From positions 141,769,390 through 141,833,389 of the forward strand of contig NC_068981.1 of the NCBI RefSeq assembly GCF_001194135.2: 64,000 nucleotides of DNA, given 5' to 3'. The notes below the pieces were generated by a model. That model had not been told where the DNA came from. It ran no database searches and saw only the letters and a program-made list of their open reading frames with translations. A program made the translations under genes and the position numbers. Positions within the stretch are counted from its first letter, which is position 1; every line of letters begins with the position of its first letter. Positions 1 through 13,451 of the stretch are shown here, piece by piece. Source of the DNA: Octopus bimaculoides. Lineage: Eukaryota.

Positions 1-519
1 ACTTTTAAATTCATTGGTGATTATTTATTTATTATTTATTTTTTGCTATGATTAAGCATCACCTTCATGTATTAAAATAAAATAATACGTGTATTAGAGC
101 AATGATTTTCAAATAACACCCTATCGTCTTAAAAATCGGAGTATATGTTATTTAATGAAGTTGTACAAAATGCTAAAAAGTGTTTGAAGGCCATAACAAG
201 TACACTTTTCATTATAAGTCTGCTAAATTAGGGTTAATCTGTGTCTAAACAACAGCAACATTTAGAAAACCTCGAAAGCTGATATTTTCGCTGAATCAAT
301 CACGGATGCCACCCGAAAACTAACTATAACAATACCAACAACATTATCACCGCCAACACCAGGACAGCCACCACCAACATCACTGACTCATTGACTACCA
401 GTTTCAGCACCAGCCTAACCATTGCAACCGCTACTAGTGCAGGATATGTCTATGTGGTGATGTTTGCTACGCAATAAGTGCTCCTAGGTTCGCTTTCATT
501 ATATGATATATTGGGCAAG

Positions 520-1275
520 TACAGAGAGGTTTGGGCAAGTATAGAGTGGTTTCGGATTCAGTACCACTGCGTGGCACTTTGTGCAAATGCTTCTGCTACA
601 ACTCGAAACCGACAAAATTATTGAGTGAATATGGCAACTGTGGAACGTCCGCGTCGTATATACATGTGTGTGTGTGCGTGAGTGTGCGTGAGTGTGCGTG
701 AGTGCCTGCATATATACATACATACACACACACACANNNNNNNNNNNNNNNNNNNNNNNNNNNNNNNNNNNNNNNNNNNNNNNNNNNNNNNNNNNNNNNN
801 NNNNNNNNNNNNNNNNNNNNNNNNNNNNNNNNNNNNNNNNNNNNNNNNNNNNNNNNNNNNNNNNNNNNNNNNNNNNNNNNNNNNNNNNNNNNNNNNNNNN
901 NNNNNNNNNNNNNNNNNNNNNNNNNNNNNNNNNNNNNNNNNNNNNNNNNNNNNNNNNNNNNNNNNNNNNNNNNNNNNNNNNNNNNNNNNNNNNNNNNNNN
1001 NNNNNNNNNNNNNNNNNNNNNNNNNNNNNNTATATATATATACACACACACACACATGTATGTGTGTGCGTGTGTGTGCATAAAAGTGGCGTGTTTGTGC
1101 GCGTGTATGCGCGTATGTTATGTACATATGCTTAACAACAGCTGCTGGTTGCTTATGACCTCGTAACCTACTGGGTCGGCAAAAATATTTGCTAGAATAA
1201 ATACCAGACTTTAAATGAGTACTGTAGTCCATTTGATCAACTATGCCCTTTGAGGTGATGTCTCAGCTTGGTTGG
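520..1275 (+). mobile_element. SINE family 1, old diverged copy spanning a gap
   Basis: ggattcagtaccactgcgtggcactttgtgcaaatg (head) and gcttaacaacagctgctgg...cggcaaaa (3' part) align to the reverse complement of 2000-2455. Confidence 0.7.
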
Positions 1276-1289
1276 GAGTCGTCGTAGAG

Positions 1290-1960
1290 GTCGTGTTGGT
1301 TAGGGAGGCGTTCGTTATAGGAGTCATCGCCATCGTCGTTGGGAAGGTGGCGGAGAAGAAGAGGAAATGTTGGCAAGCAGGTATTTTAAAGAAAATTGTG
1401 AACGATGCACTGATGTGGGAGAAAAAGGAAGTACTGTAGAGAGAAGAGAAGGCTGAGTAGTAATGGAGAAACGAGGAAATTTATTATTGAGGAAAGAACA
1501 TGTAAAAGTATAATAGGAAGGGGAGAGATATATCAATTAGAGAACTGGGTGTAAGCGAGGTAGAAGGTGACAGAGGATGCTTATGCTGTGTTTGCGGATT
1601 GAACAACCACACAGATGCCCCAAAGACGGAAATTAGAGAGGAAGGTGGATTTGATAGAGGAGTAAAAAGAAGAATGGAGAGAAAAGAGGAGAAATGTGGA
1701 CTGAGAGAGACGCGGGGTGGGTCGATGGAGCGTGAAAGATACAGAGGAGAAAAATTTATCGCAGCGAAGGCGAAACAAGGAATAGAGAGTGGGTTAGGAA
1801 AAAGAAGAATTCTACACAGTAAACACCATAAGTATCATTTCAACGGATGTGCATCGCCTGATACTGACACCGCCGTTGCTAAGACGGATGTAAGTTCTGA
1901 AGGTGGTAACAGTCATCGATGATTCTAATGGTGCTGCTTCCAGGCTGTTGTTACTGTTGT
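1290..1960 (-). mobile_element. Possible decayed retroelement remnant (perhaps the 5' region of a Penelope-like ORF)
   Basis: Non-microsatellite tract, purine-rich on + and GC-elevated. Minus-strand fragments (RLRCDKFF...SFTLH; NNKFPRF) only loosely resemble PLE N-termini. Confidence 0.25.
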
Positions 1961-1999
1961 TTAGCCCCAGGTTAAGGCTGATCAAGAAGACTCATGATG

Positions 2000-2236
2000 T
2001 ACTCTTTTACTCTTTTACTCTTTTACTTGTTTCAGTCATTTGACTGCGGCCATGCTGGAGCACTGCCTTTAGTCGAGCAAATCGACCCCAGGACTTATTC
2101 TTTGTAAGCCTAGTACTTATTCTATCGGTGTCTTTTGCTGAACCGCTAGGTTACGGGGTCATAAACACACCAGCACCGGTTGTCAAGCTATGTTGGGAGG
2201 ACAAACAGACACACAAACATATATACACACACATAC

Positions 2237-2292
<56 letters not shown>

Positions 2293-2455
2293 GACGGGCT
2301 TCTTTCAGTTTCCGTCTAACAGATTCACTCACAAGGCTTTAGTCGGCCCGAGGCTACAGTAGGAGACACTTGCCCGAGGTGCCACGCAGTGGGACTGAAC
2401 CCGGAACCATGTGGTTGGTGAGCAATCGACTTACCACACAGCCACTCATGCGCCT
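2000..2455 (-). mobile_element. tRNA-derived SINE family 1, full length
   Basis: Minus-strand head with A-box-like tggctgtgtggtaag and B-box-like ggttcagtccc, central (TA)n/(TG)n, tail (aagagta)n. At least 8 related copies in the window. Confidence 0.9.
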
Positions 2456-2947
2456 ATAAAAAATCTGCCCCCTTTTGTTCTTTTTGTCTATCACAATATA
2501 GCAAAATGATATTATACAGTCTGTCTTTCATTTCAAGATGCAGCATTCGATTTGACTGCTCTTTCCAAAACATCGAGTGACCAAGTCTGACAGAGGTCTT
2601 TCACTGGCTCATGGTTTTATTGATGGTGATGGTGGTGGAGATTATATAATTGGTACTGGTGATAATAGCCGTTTCACTGGTAATAGTTGTGGTGATGGTG
2701 ATGTCGATTGTAATTGTGGTAGTGGTGATGGTAGCGCGGTTTGTTGGGTTCATTAAGGTTGTGAGGACGTTGCTGTTGGTCGTAGTCGTGAGGGCAGTGG
2801 TAGTAGTATGGCTAATGGTAATGATAGTGGTATTAGTGTTAGTAGAGATTATTTAGTAGAGGGCAAGCGACTGGTAGTTGTGAGGATAGTATGGCCGTAG
2901 AAGTGATTGTCAGTTGTAGCGGGAGTTATTTTCATGGTAATGGGGAT

Positions 2948-3262
2948 AGTGATCATGTTAGTGGCGTTACAGCCTATACTGGAGATGATAGTGATATCGG
3001 TAGTGGGGGTAGTGGTCATGTTAGTGGTGTTACGGATTGTAGTGGTGATGATAGTGGTATTGGTAGTAGTGGTAGTGGTAATGTTAGTGGTCTGACGTCT
3101 TGTAGTGAAAATGATAGTTGTATTGGTAGTGGTGTTAGTGGTCGTCTTAGTAGTCTAACGGCTTGTAGTGAAGATGATAGTGGTATTGATAGTGGTGGTA
3201 GTGGTCATGTTAATGACGTTACGGCTCGTAGTGGACATGATAGTGTTACTGATAGTGGTGAT
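2948..3262. repeat. 63-bp minisatellite, 5 units, within a decayed (GTA/GTG/GAT)n region of about 2620-3400
   Basis: Unit starts at 2948, 3011, 3074, 3137 and 3200. Consensus agtggtcatgttagtggt.t.acg...tgtagtg...atgatagtggtattggtagtggtggt. Confidence 0.85.
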
Positions 3263-3459
3263 TGTCGTTGTAGTAGTGACGGTAATGGTAATGTTAGCGA
3301 TGGTAAATGAGCGTGAAGTCGAAGTGGTGATGTTATTAGTGGTGATTGTGATGGTGGTAGATATGTTTTAGTGGTAGTTGTGGTAGTGCTGATGCTGGTC
3401 ATAATTCTGTATCACTTTGGGCAGCAATTTTCAGAGATGGAAAAGACGATTTCATGGAA

Positions 3460-3612
3460 ACTAGAGTCTAACTGGTACTTACTTTATCGACCTGAAAAGG
3501 ATAAAAGACAAAATCGACCTCGGCAGAATTGGGACTCAAAACCTACAGACGGATGAAATGTCGCAAAAATATTTTATCCGGCGTGTTAACGATTCTGACA
3601 GATCGCTGCGTT
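3460..3612 (-). mobile_element. SINE family 2, diverged copy
   Basis: Reverse complement aligns with 6575-6720. Confidence 0.75.
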
Positions 3613-4598
3613 ACTGATGGCATTAACAATGAGTAATTTTTGACACATGAACTAATACTCTAGTTACAGTTCATTCGTGACGTCTTTCTTGTCTGGTAAG
3701 GATCACAGAATAGCTTAATTGACCTCTTGCATTTCTGTGATTATTTTGGAAAAAACTATGGCTTTACATCCAACATTAATTTACTAGCATTGAATTTTTG
3801 AACACAAAAGTTAAGTTTTCTGGAGGCAGAATAGTGACAAAGTTATTTTGCAAGCTCACGTCATCCCACATTCACCTCCACTGCCGCTCTATGCACATCA
3901 TATAATTCGGTCAAATCCGAGATACCAATTTATGAGGAGAAAACAGATTTGTACTAATATAGGGAATTACTGGAAGCATGCAAATGTTTTTGTACTCCAT
4001 TATGTCAAACGTAGTTACAGTGTATCATGATTAAAAGAAATTGCAAATGGTATACTTAACATTAACAAGTTAATTAAAACATTCACGCATAATTTTAGCG
4101 AAGTAAGTACAATATATGTCAGAATTCCTTTAGTGATTAGCTAACATTTCAAAAAGTGTTACATTATAGTTACCAGCATATTTCAACAAAATATTCTCGT
4201 TTCAAACAAATATTTCCTCACCCTCCTATAGTAGCCTTTAGACGGAAATAGACAATTTTTAATCTCTATTTCTGCCTCCAAGAAAACTAACATTGGAGTT
4301 TCTACACGCTGTACTTTGAAAAAGAGCCGCAAGAGAGGTAAGCTCTGCTCATTGTGCAACAGCGTGAGTCAAGACAATTCCATCAGGAACCATATCAGAA
4401 ATATGATTTTCACGGAAAGTGGGACATGTAGAGATTCCCATTTGCACTAAATACAACTTTATTTATGTTAATTGTAAAACAGAACAATTAAACAAACGAT
4501 TCACTGGGCACGGACGTGACGTCAGGCTCAATAACAAAAGTTCGACTGCACCTGCCGAAAATTTTGCATCAAACAACTGCAATTAAAAAAAGACTTCA

Positions 4599-4798
4599 TA
4601 CTCTTTTACTCTTTTACTTGTTTCAGTTATTTGACTGTGGCCATGCTGGAGCACTGCCTTTTAGTCGAGCTAAGCGACCCCAGGACTTATTTTTGCAAGC
4701 CTAGTACTTATTCTATCGGTCTCTTTAGCCGAACCGCTATGTTACGGGGTGGTAAACACAGACACACAAACATATACACACACATACGTATATATATA
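4599..4798 (-). mobile_element. SINE family 1, 3' half cut by a gap
   Basis: Near-identical to 2000-2230. Confidence 0.9.
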
Positions 4799-5564
4799 NN
4801 NNNNNNNNNNNNNNNNNNNNNNNNNNNNNNNNNNNNNNNNNNNNNNNNNNNNNNNNNNNNNNNNNNNNNNNNNNNNNNNNNNNNNNNNNNNNNNNNNNNN
4901 NNNNNNNNNNNNNNNNNNNNNNNNNNNNNNNNNNNNNNNNNNNNNNNNNNNNNNNNNNNNNNNNNNNNNNNNNNNNNNNNNNNNNNNNNNNNNNNNNNNN
5001 NNNNNNNNNNNNNNNNNNNNNNNNNNNNNNNNNNNNNNNNNNNNNNNNNNNNNNNNNNNNNNNNNNNNNNNNNNNNNNNNNNNNNNNNNNNNNNNNNNNN
5101 NNNNNNNNNNNNNNNNNNNNNNNNNNNNNNNNNNNNNNNNNNNNNNNNNNNNNNNNNNNNNNNNNNNNNNNNNNNNNNNNNNNNNNNNNNNNNNNNNNNN
5201 NNNNNNNNNNNNNNNNNNNNNNNNNNNNNNNNNNNNNNNNNNNNNNNNNNNNNNNNNNNNNNNNNNNNNNNNNNNTCATTAAATATTCTTCTTTTACCTT
5301 TGCTTTTTTTTTTCTTTTCTTCTTTTTCTCTTTTTTCCCTCCTTTTTGCCAGTTGTAAACTTGAAAATTGAAGACTGATGATGTCATTATGACAACGTGG
5401 GAACGCAGGTTGCCCTCGTTCACATTTTTGAATTTGAATTTCTATAATTTTGAATTTCTATCCCTCACTTTTTCTTTTGAACTCGACAAAGACAAGGAAG
5501 TTGTCGAAATATTGTTCAGACCAATGAAATATCTATTTCAATTGCATCACGCTCTTCGTATTGT

Positions 5565-5765
5565 CTAATAATAATAATAGTAATAATAATGGTAATAATA
5601 ATAGTAATGAGGAGGATGTAGAGGAAAAGAAGGAGAAGGAGGAGGTAAAGAAGAAGAAGAAGAATGAGGAGGTGGAGGAGGAGGAGGAGGTAAAGAAGAA
5701 GAAAAGGAAGAAAAAGAAGAAGGAGAAGGAGGAGGTAAAGAAGAAGGAGAAGAAGAAGAAGAATG
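5565..5765. repeat. (AAT)n plus purine-rich (GAA/GAG)n tract
   Basis: Direct reading; source of the poly-K/E ORF. Confidence 0.9.
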
Positions 5766-6009
5766 CTTTCTATGATAGTCACACAACAGTAAATAAAGCA
5801 AACCAAGACAGCAATCATAGTCAAGACTACATTTATAGTATACATGATAACTACAAAGCACGATACAATCTATTTCTTTAATACATTTAGTGGTATTATT
5901 ACAATTGTTATCAGTATAAATGGTACATATAATACATATCTATAGTAGATACAATTATATGGCTTTCATAAAATACAATGGTAATTGTAAATGAATAGCA
6001 TGTTAGGTA

Positions 6010-6370
6010 TAATTTATTGCTGTAGTGAATAGCAGAATAACAAGGGAAGATGTTGTTTAACAGTATGTCGACGCTGAGTAAGAAGACATGTAGTGATTAA
6101 CATATGAGACATTTCCATCTCGTCTGTTTTTGGAGGCATATCTAAAACTAGACCATCCACGTGCCATTTCTTTAAGCAAAGCGCACGCAGGGATTTGAAC
6201 GTTATTTGGCTACTTTTCACAGCAAATCAAGCAAACATATAGTGGCCACCTTCTTTGCTGTCGGTGAGTGTTATCGTGCCTCAGATCAATTCCCATCCAG
6301 TACAACCGAAGAAAAATTGTCAAGCATCACAGCACAATCTCTTTTTCAAACGAAGTGTTTCTAATACTAC
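6010..6370 (-). mobile_element. Highly decayed RTE-like reverse transcriptase fragment
   Basis: Across frames: LYVCLICCEK..NVQ (cf. LYVCFIDYEKAFD.V), HVDG, and VKQHLPLLF (cf. VRQGC.LSPLLF), in the expected order. Confidence 0.4.
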
Positions 6371-6569
6371 AGTATTAAATGTATCTTCCCAGATTTTAAC
6401 ATAATGGTTTAGGGTTAACGTGAGGGATTATCGTTTGCTATGTCTAGCGAATGAGACGACCACACAATGGCTGACACCGATGATTTGATGGCAAACGTAT
6501 TATGTCAAGCAGTGCTAGTTATTGTTCATCATGAGCTGCTGACAATGTGTTGCAATATCGATCCTTTCA

Positions 6570-6785
6570 CCAAGGCGGCGAGTTGGCAGAAGCGTTAGCA
6601 CGCCGGGCGAAATGCTTAGCGGTACTTCGTCTGTCTTTACGTTCTGAGTTCAAATTCCACCGAGGTCGAGTTTGCCTTTCATTCTTTCGGGGTCGATATA
6701 TTAAATACCAGTTGCGTACTGGGATCAATCTAATCCACTGGCCTCCTCCACAGGAATTTCGGGCCTGGTGCCTAGAGTAGAAAAG
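6570..6785 (+). mobile_element. tRNA-derived SINE family 2 (Deu/Nin-domain-like) with TSD
   Basis: A-box-like tggcagaagcgttagc, B-box-like gagttcaaattcc, core gcctttcattctttcggggtcgata..taaataccag. 16-bp TSD aatatcgatcctttca (6554-6569) and aatattgattctttca (6786-6801), 14/16 match. Confidence 0.85.
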
Positions 6786-7278
6786 AATATTGATTCTTTC
6801 ATTTACCAGAACAATTTACACGATGGATTTTACACACTTTCCACATAGTTTCTCTGGAAATGTTCTTCATGATACCACGCAGAAGAATCAGACGTGCAAG
6901 TCGTAAATGAAAAAGTAATGTTCTAAAAGATTCTTATGTACAAACACACTCGTTCATGTTCTCATACAATCACGCAGAAACACTACTATGAGTATGAGTA
7001 TGTATATATGTATAAACATATATAATGTATATACATACATAAATATATGTATGCGCGCGCGTAGGTATTTGCATCTATGAAATTGTATATGTATAACCAT
7101 TCATAGTGTAAATAAAAAGATAGAAGTACACACATTGATGAGTGCAGAGGCACATACATGATTCCATATATGTGTTCATACAATTAAAGTACATAGCACC
7201 TATATACGTATATTCACCCACACATAGATGTTGTCTCACATATGTGCATAACTCTCTCTCACTCTCTCCGTATACATG

Positions 7279-7329
<51 letters not shown>

Positions 7330-7954
7330 GTACATATATATATACAAACACATATATACATATGTGTGAGTGTATCACATACATTAATACATACATTCAT
7401 ACTTAGATACATACATACATACATACACACAACATGATATATTTAAATATTATCTGTTTGACATGGTGTTGAAACGAAAAGTCAAGTTTTGACTTTTCAC
7501 GTTTTTTTTTTACCTTCTCTCTTCGGTTTGCTTTCATTACTCTCTTTTCTTTCTCCTTCACTTGAGTACCAAACAGTACCATACGACTTGTCTTAAAAGG
7601 TCACTTTATCTTGCTGGTTTGCCATTTCATTCAGGAATGAAAATATTACTTACTTCCACAAATATTTCACTTCTTTCGTTTACTCAAGGGTTTTAGTAGG
7701 TCTTTATCGAACCCAGTACTCATATCAACCAGGTACTTATTTTATAAATCTCTATATATAGAAAGGCTAATGGATTCTTTTTTTTTTCTCAATAAGGGAC
7801 AGCACTAGGTACACAAGATTGTAGCGGTATCCAGAGGGGGCAAAAATCACAGCCACGCACGCATACGTACACACTCACGTACACGCACCCACAGGTAGGT
7901 AGGCAGGTACGTAGATGGACGGATAGATTGATAGATAGATATACAGACAGAGAG

Positions 7955-8095
7955 AGGGAAGGGAGGGAGAAAGAGCGATAGATATATAGATAGATTGATA
8001 GATAGATAGATAGATAGATAGATAGGTGTGTACGTAAGTAGATAGACAGGTATGTCGATAGATAGACAGACAAACTGACTGACAAACAGACAGAC
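7955..8095. repeat. (GATA)n/(GACA)n tetranucleotide tract
   Basis: Direct reading. Confidence 0.9.
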
Positions 8096-9191
8096 GACAT
8101 ACATGTGAAAAATTTCCTCTCCACAAATTTCACTCAAATGCAGTTTAGTTAGTCGATTAAATCTTTCCCGGTATTTCACTGGTACTTTATCTTATTGTCC
8201 CCAAAGTGATGAACCTGACATATGACGTCTGTCACATTTCCACTTTCTGTTCTGAGTTCAAATTCTTTAGAAATTGATAAAATGATGTATCGAACACTCG
8301 CTCGCGTAAAATTTTTGGACTTCTGCTTATCTCAGAAAGCATTTTGTTAGTTATGTTTAAATGAACTACAGCTCGAAACATCTTTCGCATTCGGAGAAGA
8401 TATTCTCTACTTATTAATCGTAAGATACAATAAAATAACCCCTGCTCTTAGCTACTCTCTTAACCCTCTCTATTGTGGTATCCTTGCTGTCTCCAATCTC
8501 ATTCAAACATTACCAAGCCACTACAATCAGTCCATACTCTCTTGACGGCTTTCTGCAATTCACTTCCCACTCATGATTGTACCCAAAATTTTAACCCACA
8601 GAGATTCAAGAGAAACAATAAAACATCAATCTCGACTGTGTGTAAGGTCTCACGAAGACCATGCCCACTGTCCCTTCCTCAAAAACCTAACAAGCTAAAG
8701 AAGTGGCTGCAAATAGTTACAAAGGCTTAAATTTGCTTTTTATCCTTCCACTATTGATGTTTTTGAATATACACATTAACCAATTGTCATTATTATCATT
8801 GTGTCATCGTTGGAAACGAAAACATATTATTTTGTTCTAGCTATAGATGTAGTATTACTTGAGTAAGTTCATGCTCAAAGGCGTGTTAGTGGTCACCATC
8901 AATTTTAGTGGGCGTTTACAAGATTAAATTGTGTTTTGTGTTCTTCATCTTTTTAAGACGCAGAGATGTGACTTGATTTCGCTAATATTTCTTGCAAGTC
9001 GCACGACCTCTTAGAGACTATGTACATCGTTGATTCATTTTCTGCTTCTTATTCTTGTTATTGGTGAAGTTTTTAGCGTCAGATCAACCTTGAATGGACT
9101 AGCATACGATCAAAGAGTCTATAACTAAATTATCTAATATGGCTTTCCTATCTCTGTCCCTCTCTCTGTTCATACACAGACACAGACACTT

Positions 9192-9285
<94 letters not shown>

Positions 9286-10678
9286 CTTAGATTGCTAGTT
9301 CTCATAGATCGAGTGACTAAGCAGATGCTGCTTTATCGATATCATTCAAACGCAATGGCAATAGGGAAGACAGTGAAAAGATTTGTAATGCAGGGAGCAA
9401 TATAAAAGGTGTCACTATAAATATATATACATTCAGTGAAAGGGAAAAAAAAAGTGATTCAGATAGAGTTTCCAGACGAGAAAATATTTGAACAACAAAT
9501 CTCAATATTAGAGGTTAGCAAAAGCTGCTTACATGTTTATAAATGAGATTTGAGTATAATTTTGTATGTCTGTACTGTTCATTTGCGTATGAATGGGTTT
9601 CTGTTTGAGTGATCAAATAATTAATTGAATTTATCACATGGAATAAAAACAAAAATTAAAAATCGTTATTAATATTCTAATAGAAGCAATTAATGAGATA
9701 ATATAACAGTGTCTCACTTCTTTTCACTGGTAAAACATCGTCATAAATAGTGAGTATAATGAGAGGTATCAGCCCATGGTGCAAGCGTATATGTTTTTCA
9801 TGGAACATATATACGGATACAAAAATTACTCGAAACTTATTCGAGAGTCCGTCTTAATATAAATATCAAAGTGATAGCAGTATGCTGTATTATCTGAACC
9901 TTCACCCAAAAGGGAGAAACTCGTATTAGCATAGGAGTATCTTATCAGTCCAGTTAAGTCTAATGTATATTCATGTGTGTGAAAGAGTCTAAGTGGGCAT
10001 CCATGTGTGGCGTGGCCCATAATATGATGACGTCTTATAAATACATGCACTCATACTCATTCACACTCACTCACATGCACGCACACACGCACGCGCACAC
10101 ACATATACACACACAGAGAAACATATATATATATATATATATANNNNNNNNNNNNNNNNNNNNNNNNNNNNNNNNNNNNNNNNNNNNNNNNNNNNNNNNN
10201 NNNNNNNNNNNNNNNNNNNNNNNNNNNNNNNNNNNNNNNNNNNNNNNNNNNNNNNNNNNNNNNNNNNNNNNNNNNNNNNNNNNNNNNNNNNNNNNNNNNN
10301 NNNNNNNNNNNNNNNNNNNNNNNNNNNNNNNNNNNNNNNNNNNNNNNNNNNNNNNNNNNNNNNNNNNNNNNNNNNNNNNNNNNNNNNNNNNNNNNNNNNN
10401 NNNNNNNNNNNNNNNNNNNNNNNNNNNNNNNNNNNNNNNNNNNNNNNNNNNNNNNNNNNNNNNNNNNNNNNNNNNNNNNNNNNNNNNNNNNNNNNNNNNN
10501 NNNNNNNNNNNNNNNNNNNNNNNNNNNNNNNNNNNNNNNNNNNNNNNNNNNNNNNNNNNNNNNNNNNNNNNNNNNNNNNNNNNNNNNNNNNNNNNNNNNN
10601 NNNNNNNNNNNNNNNNNNNNNNNNNNNNNNNNNNNNNNNNNNNNNNNNNNNNNNNNNNNNNNNNNNNNNNNNNNNNNN

Positions 10679-10709
<31 letters not shown>

Positions 10710-11032
10710 CCTTCTGAGTTCAATAAATTAGTGTACCAGCTAGGACTCCACTTACCCTTAGACATCTATGGTGTTATAATACATGGCAAGGATACACACT
10801 TGGAAGAGGCTTTCCCAACAGCAGAAGTTGAGAAAATTAACAATGTCGAAAATTATTGCATTGTTCAGGCTGGAAGATATACTCGTTTACTCTCCGATTC
10901 ATTTATAATATTGCGCACATCACAGCACTTTATATCAATCCAGATACGTTAACTGCTTGTGTGTAACATTATTAACATGACCAAATACGTTTCCATGACG
11001 TAATGTACGAAAATATAGTTGCGGTAAATATA

Positions 11033-11053
11033 TCTGTATATATAAAAGGGAGG

Positions 11054-11150
<97 letters not shown>

Positions 11151-11391
11151 TGTGTGTACGTGAATGTAATTTATGCACGTCCACAAATTAGCACGCATGT
11201 CACTCCAATTTTAGGAGGACATTCGTCATGACCCTATCTGCATTTTCGTCAACTTTTTCTCTCAGAGGCACCCGCGTATAGCGAAATAATAATAATAATT
11301 TTGCTCAAATCTGATGTCGATGTTACTTATTTTGGTTTGAAATAAAGCACTTGATAACTTAATCCCGGGCCGCGCCGGGCTATACTGCTAA
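11033..11391 (+). mobile_element. Short non-autonomous Helitron with an internal (TG)n tract
   Basis: 5' end A|TCTGTATATATAAAAG. 3' GC hairpin cccgg-gccgcg-ccggg (11364-11379) followed by CTAA|T. Lies between A and T with no TSD. Confidence 0.7.
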
Positions 11392-12529
11392 TATTTTATA
11401 TAATAAATTAAATATTGCCTCCCTAGAATTTTCCACAGCGGCAACTATATCAAATCTGAGTTTAAGGGAGATGGTCTGTGTTCTTGTATATCTTTTAGAT
11501 ATAGTAGCAATCAAATGTCCTTAGCATCACATTTGATTATCTTAAAATATATAAAGAATGTATTTGATAATGTAGTTCTATGACGTAGGTCGCATTCTAT
11601 AACTTAGTTCTGAAACCTGAATCGTAATCTTCATTACTGGAATAGTTTTGATAATAAAATCGTCTCTGTCAGACTTGACCTGGGGCTGAATAAAAACTGA
11701 CAACAACAAATGGGACAATCAACAAGTGTAGCAACAACGACAGCTGTAATCCTTATGTGTCGATAGTTGACAGAGTTGAGAGGAACAAGAACAATATTGT
11801 TAAGAACAAGAAAAACAAGGAAGATTATGTTAAGAGGAGAGAAAGCAAATCTCATAAAGATTCGTATAATCAAAATTCAAAACAGCAAGTAAACTGAGAA
11901 AAAACAATAATCAAAAACACAGATACAACTTAATGTCAATAGCTGCAGCAAATACGTAAATGGCAGTATCATGAATAACAATATCAACAGCAACCATATT
12001 AACATTAGCAACAGCAGCAGAACCAACACCAGCCAGGAAAACAATGTCAATAATGGCTTCTATGACAACTCCGAAAACACAACAGCAAAACTAACAACAA
12101 CAACAATAGCGATATTTTTTTTTTATTTGTCTATATTTGTCGCAAGACGTCGTACATGCAATAAACGCTGAATCGTGGGAACTAAAACATATGTGGGGAT
12201 AGGCAAGACGAAATTATATAAAAGCTGAAAAGATATCTGAAGACTATACAATGAACGTATTAAAAATTTAAGTAAGAAAGAGAAAAAAAACATAAAGTTA
12301 TGTAAAATATATACTAATTAAATCAAACTAGCTTCATTTAACATGCAGAAAAACGTGGAGGGTATTTTTTCCCTGAAACAAGAGCAAGAACCCTCTGACT
12401 AGATGAGTGCTAGACTCAGCTTCCCTAGTGTTGATCGGGCAATAAATCCTTCACACCCTGCTCGAAATTGCTCAGTTTTAGTACATAAACCGGCTTGTGG
12501 TCTGTACTGACAGAGTGTCACTTGGGTGT

Positions 12530-12770
12530 GAGGGTATGTTGTCAAGTGGTTATGATGTTGCTCTCACGAACGCGAGGTCGTAGTTTCAATTCATAGAGCA
12601 GCTAGTGCGTTGTGTTATTGAGCAAAACTCTTCATCTCACGTTGCTTTGTGATTACTTCGACATCTGATACATAGTAACCCTTGCATCTATTCAGGCAAC
12701 GTTAATTTTTTGGAACGTGTAAGTTAATGTACAGCACAAATATTTGATCATGATGCATAAATCATTTGCC
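12530..12770 (+). mobile_element. tRNA-headed SINE related to the family 3 head
   Basis: gtcaagtggttatg (A box), gtagtttcaattc (B box), gcgttgtgttattgagcaaaactcttcatctcacgttgc. Confidence 0.6.
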
Positions 12771-13065
12771 CTACTTGTTTATCAACAATTGCACAACCAT
12801 TTTTCTCGAACTACGAGAGATTACTATTATCAACTGGGTACCCCGACGAAATGAGAGCTGGCCTTATTTTTGTCTGATCTGTGGAGTTTGTCGAGTATCT
12901 GTTCTCACGTGTAGGGTTCACCTGGCTGAGTCCACCGTGATGACAGTCCTCCGCACTTTAGCTTGGGAAATTGTAGGCAGCTTTCCACCGTTTAGTGCTA
13001 CAGAGAAACAAGTTAAGCGGTGGACATGACTGAAAACCAAAAGCAGACATTTTCCGTTTCGGCTA

Positions 13066-13451
13066 TACTCTCTCTTTTACTCCTTTACATTTTACTTGTT
13101 TCAGTGATTTGACTGCGGCCATGCTGGAGCACCGCCTTTAGTCGAGCAAATCGACGCCACGACTTGTTCTTTGTAAGCCTAGTACTTATTTTATCGGTCA
13201 TTTTCGCCGAACCGCTAAGTTACGGGGACATAAACACACCACCATCGGTTGTCAAACGATGTTGGGGGGACAAACACAGACACATAAACATATACACACA
13301 TACATACATATATATATATATATACATATATACGACGGGCTTCTTTCAGTTTCCGTTTGACAAACCCACTCACAAGGCTTAGGTTGGCCCGAGGCTATAG
13401 CAGAATACACCTTCCCAAGGTGCCACGCAGTGGGAATGAACCCGGAACCAT
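13066..13451 (-). mobile_element. SINE family 1, head slightly truncated
   Basis: Near-identical to 2000-2410. Confidence 0.9.

Noticed and set aside
4240-4343. Plus-strand exon candidate (KTNIGVSTRCTLKKSRKR, donor gtaagc)
   Set aside because: No partner exon or recognisable homology.
4517-4524. Perfect CRE palindrome TGACGTCA
   Set aside because: One 8-mer per 64 kb is expected by chance, and there is no promoter context.
229-6415. Isolated TTAGGG hexamers
   Set aside because: Single occurrences, not telomeric arrays.
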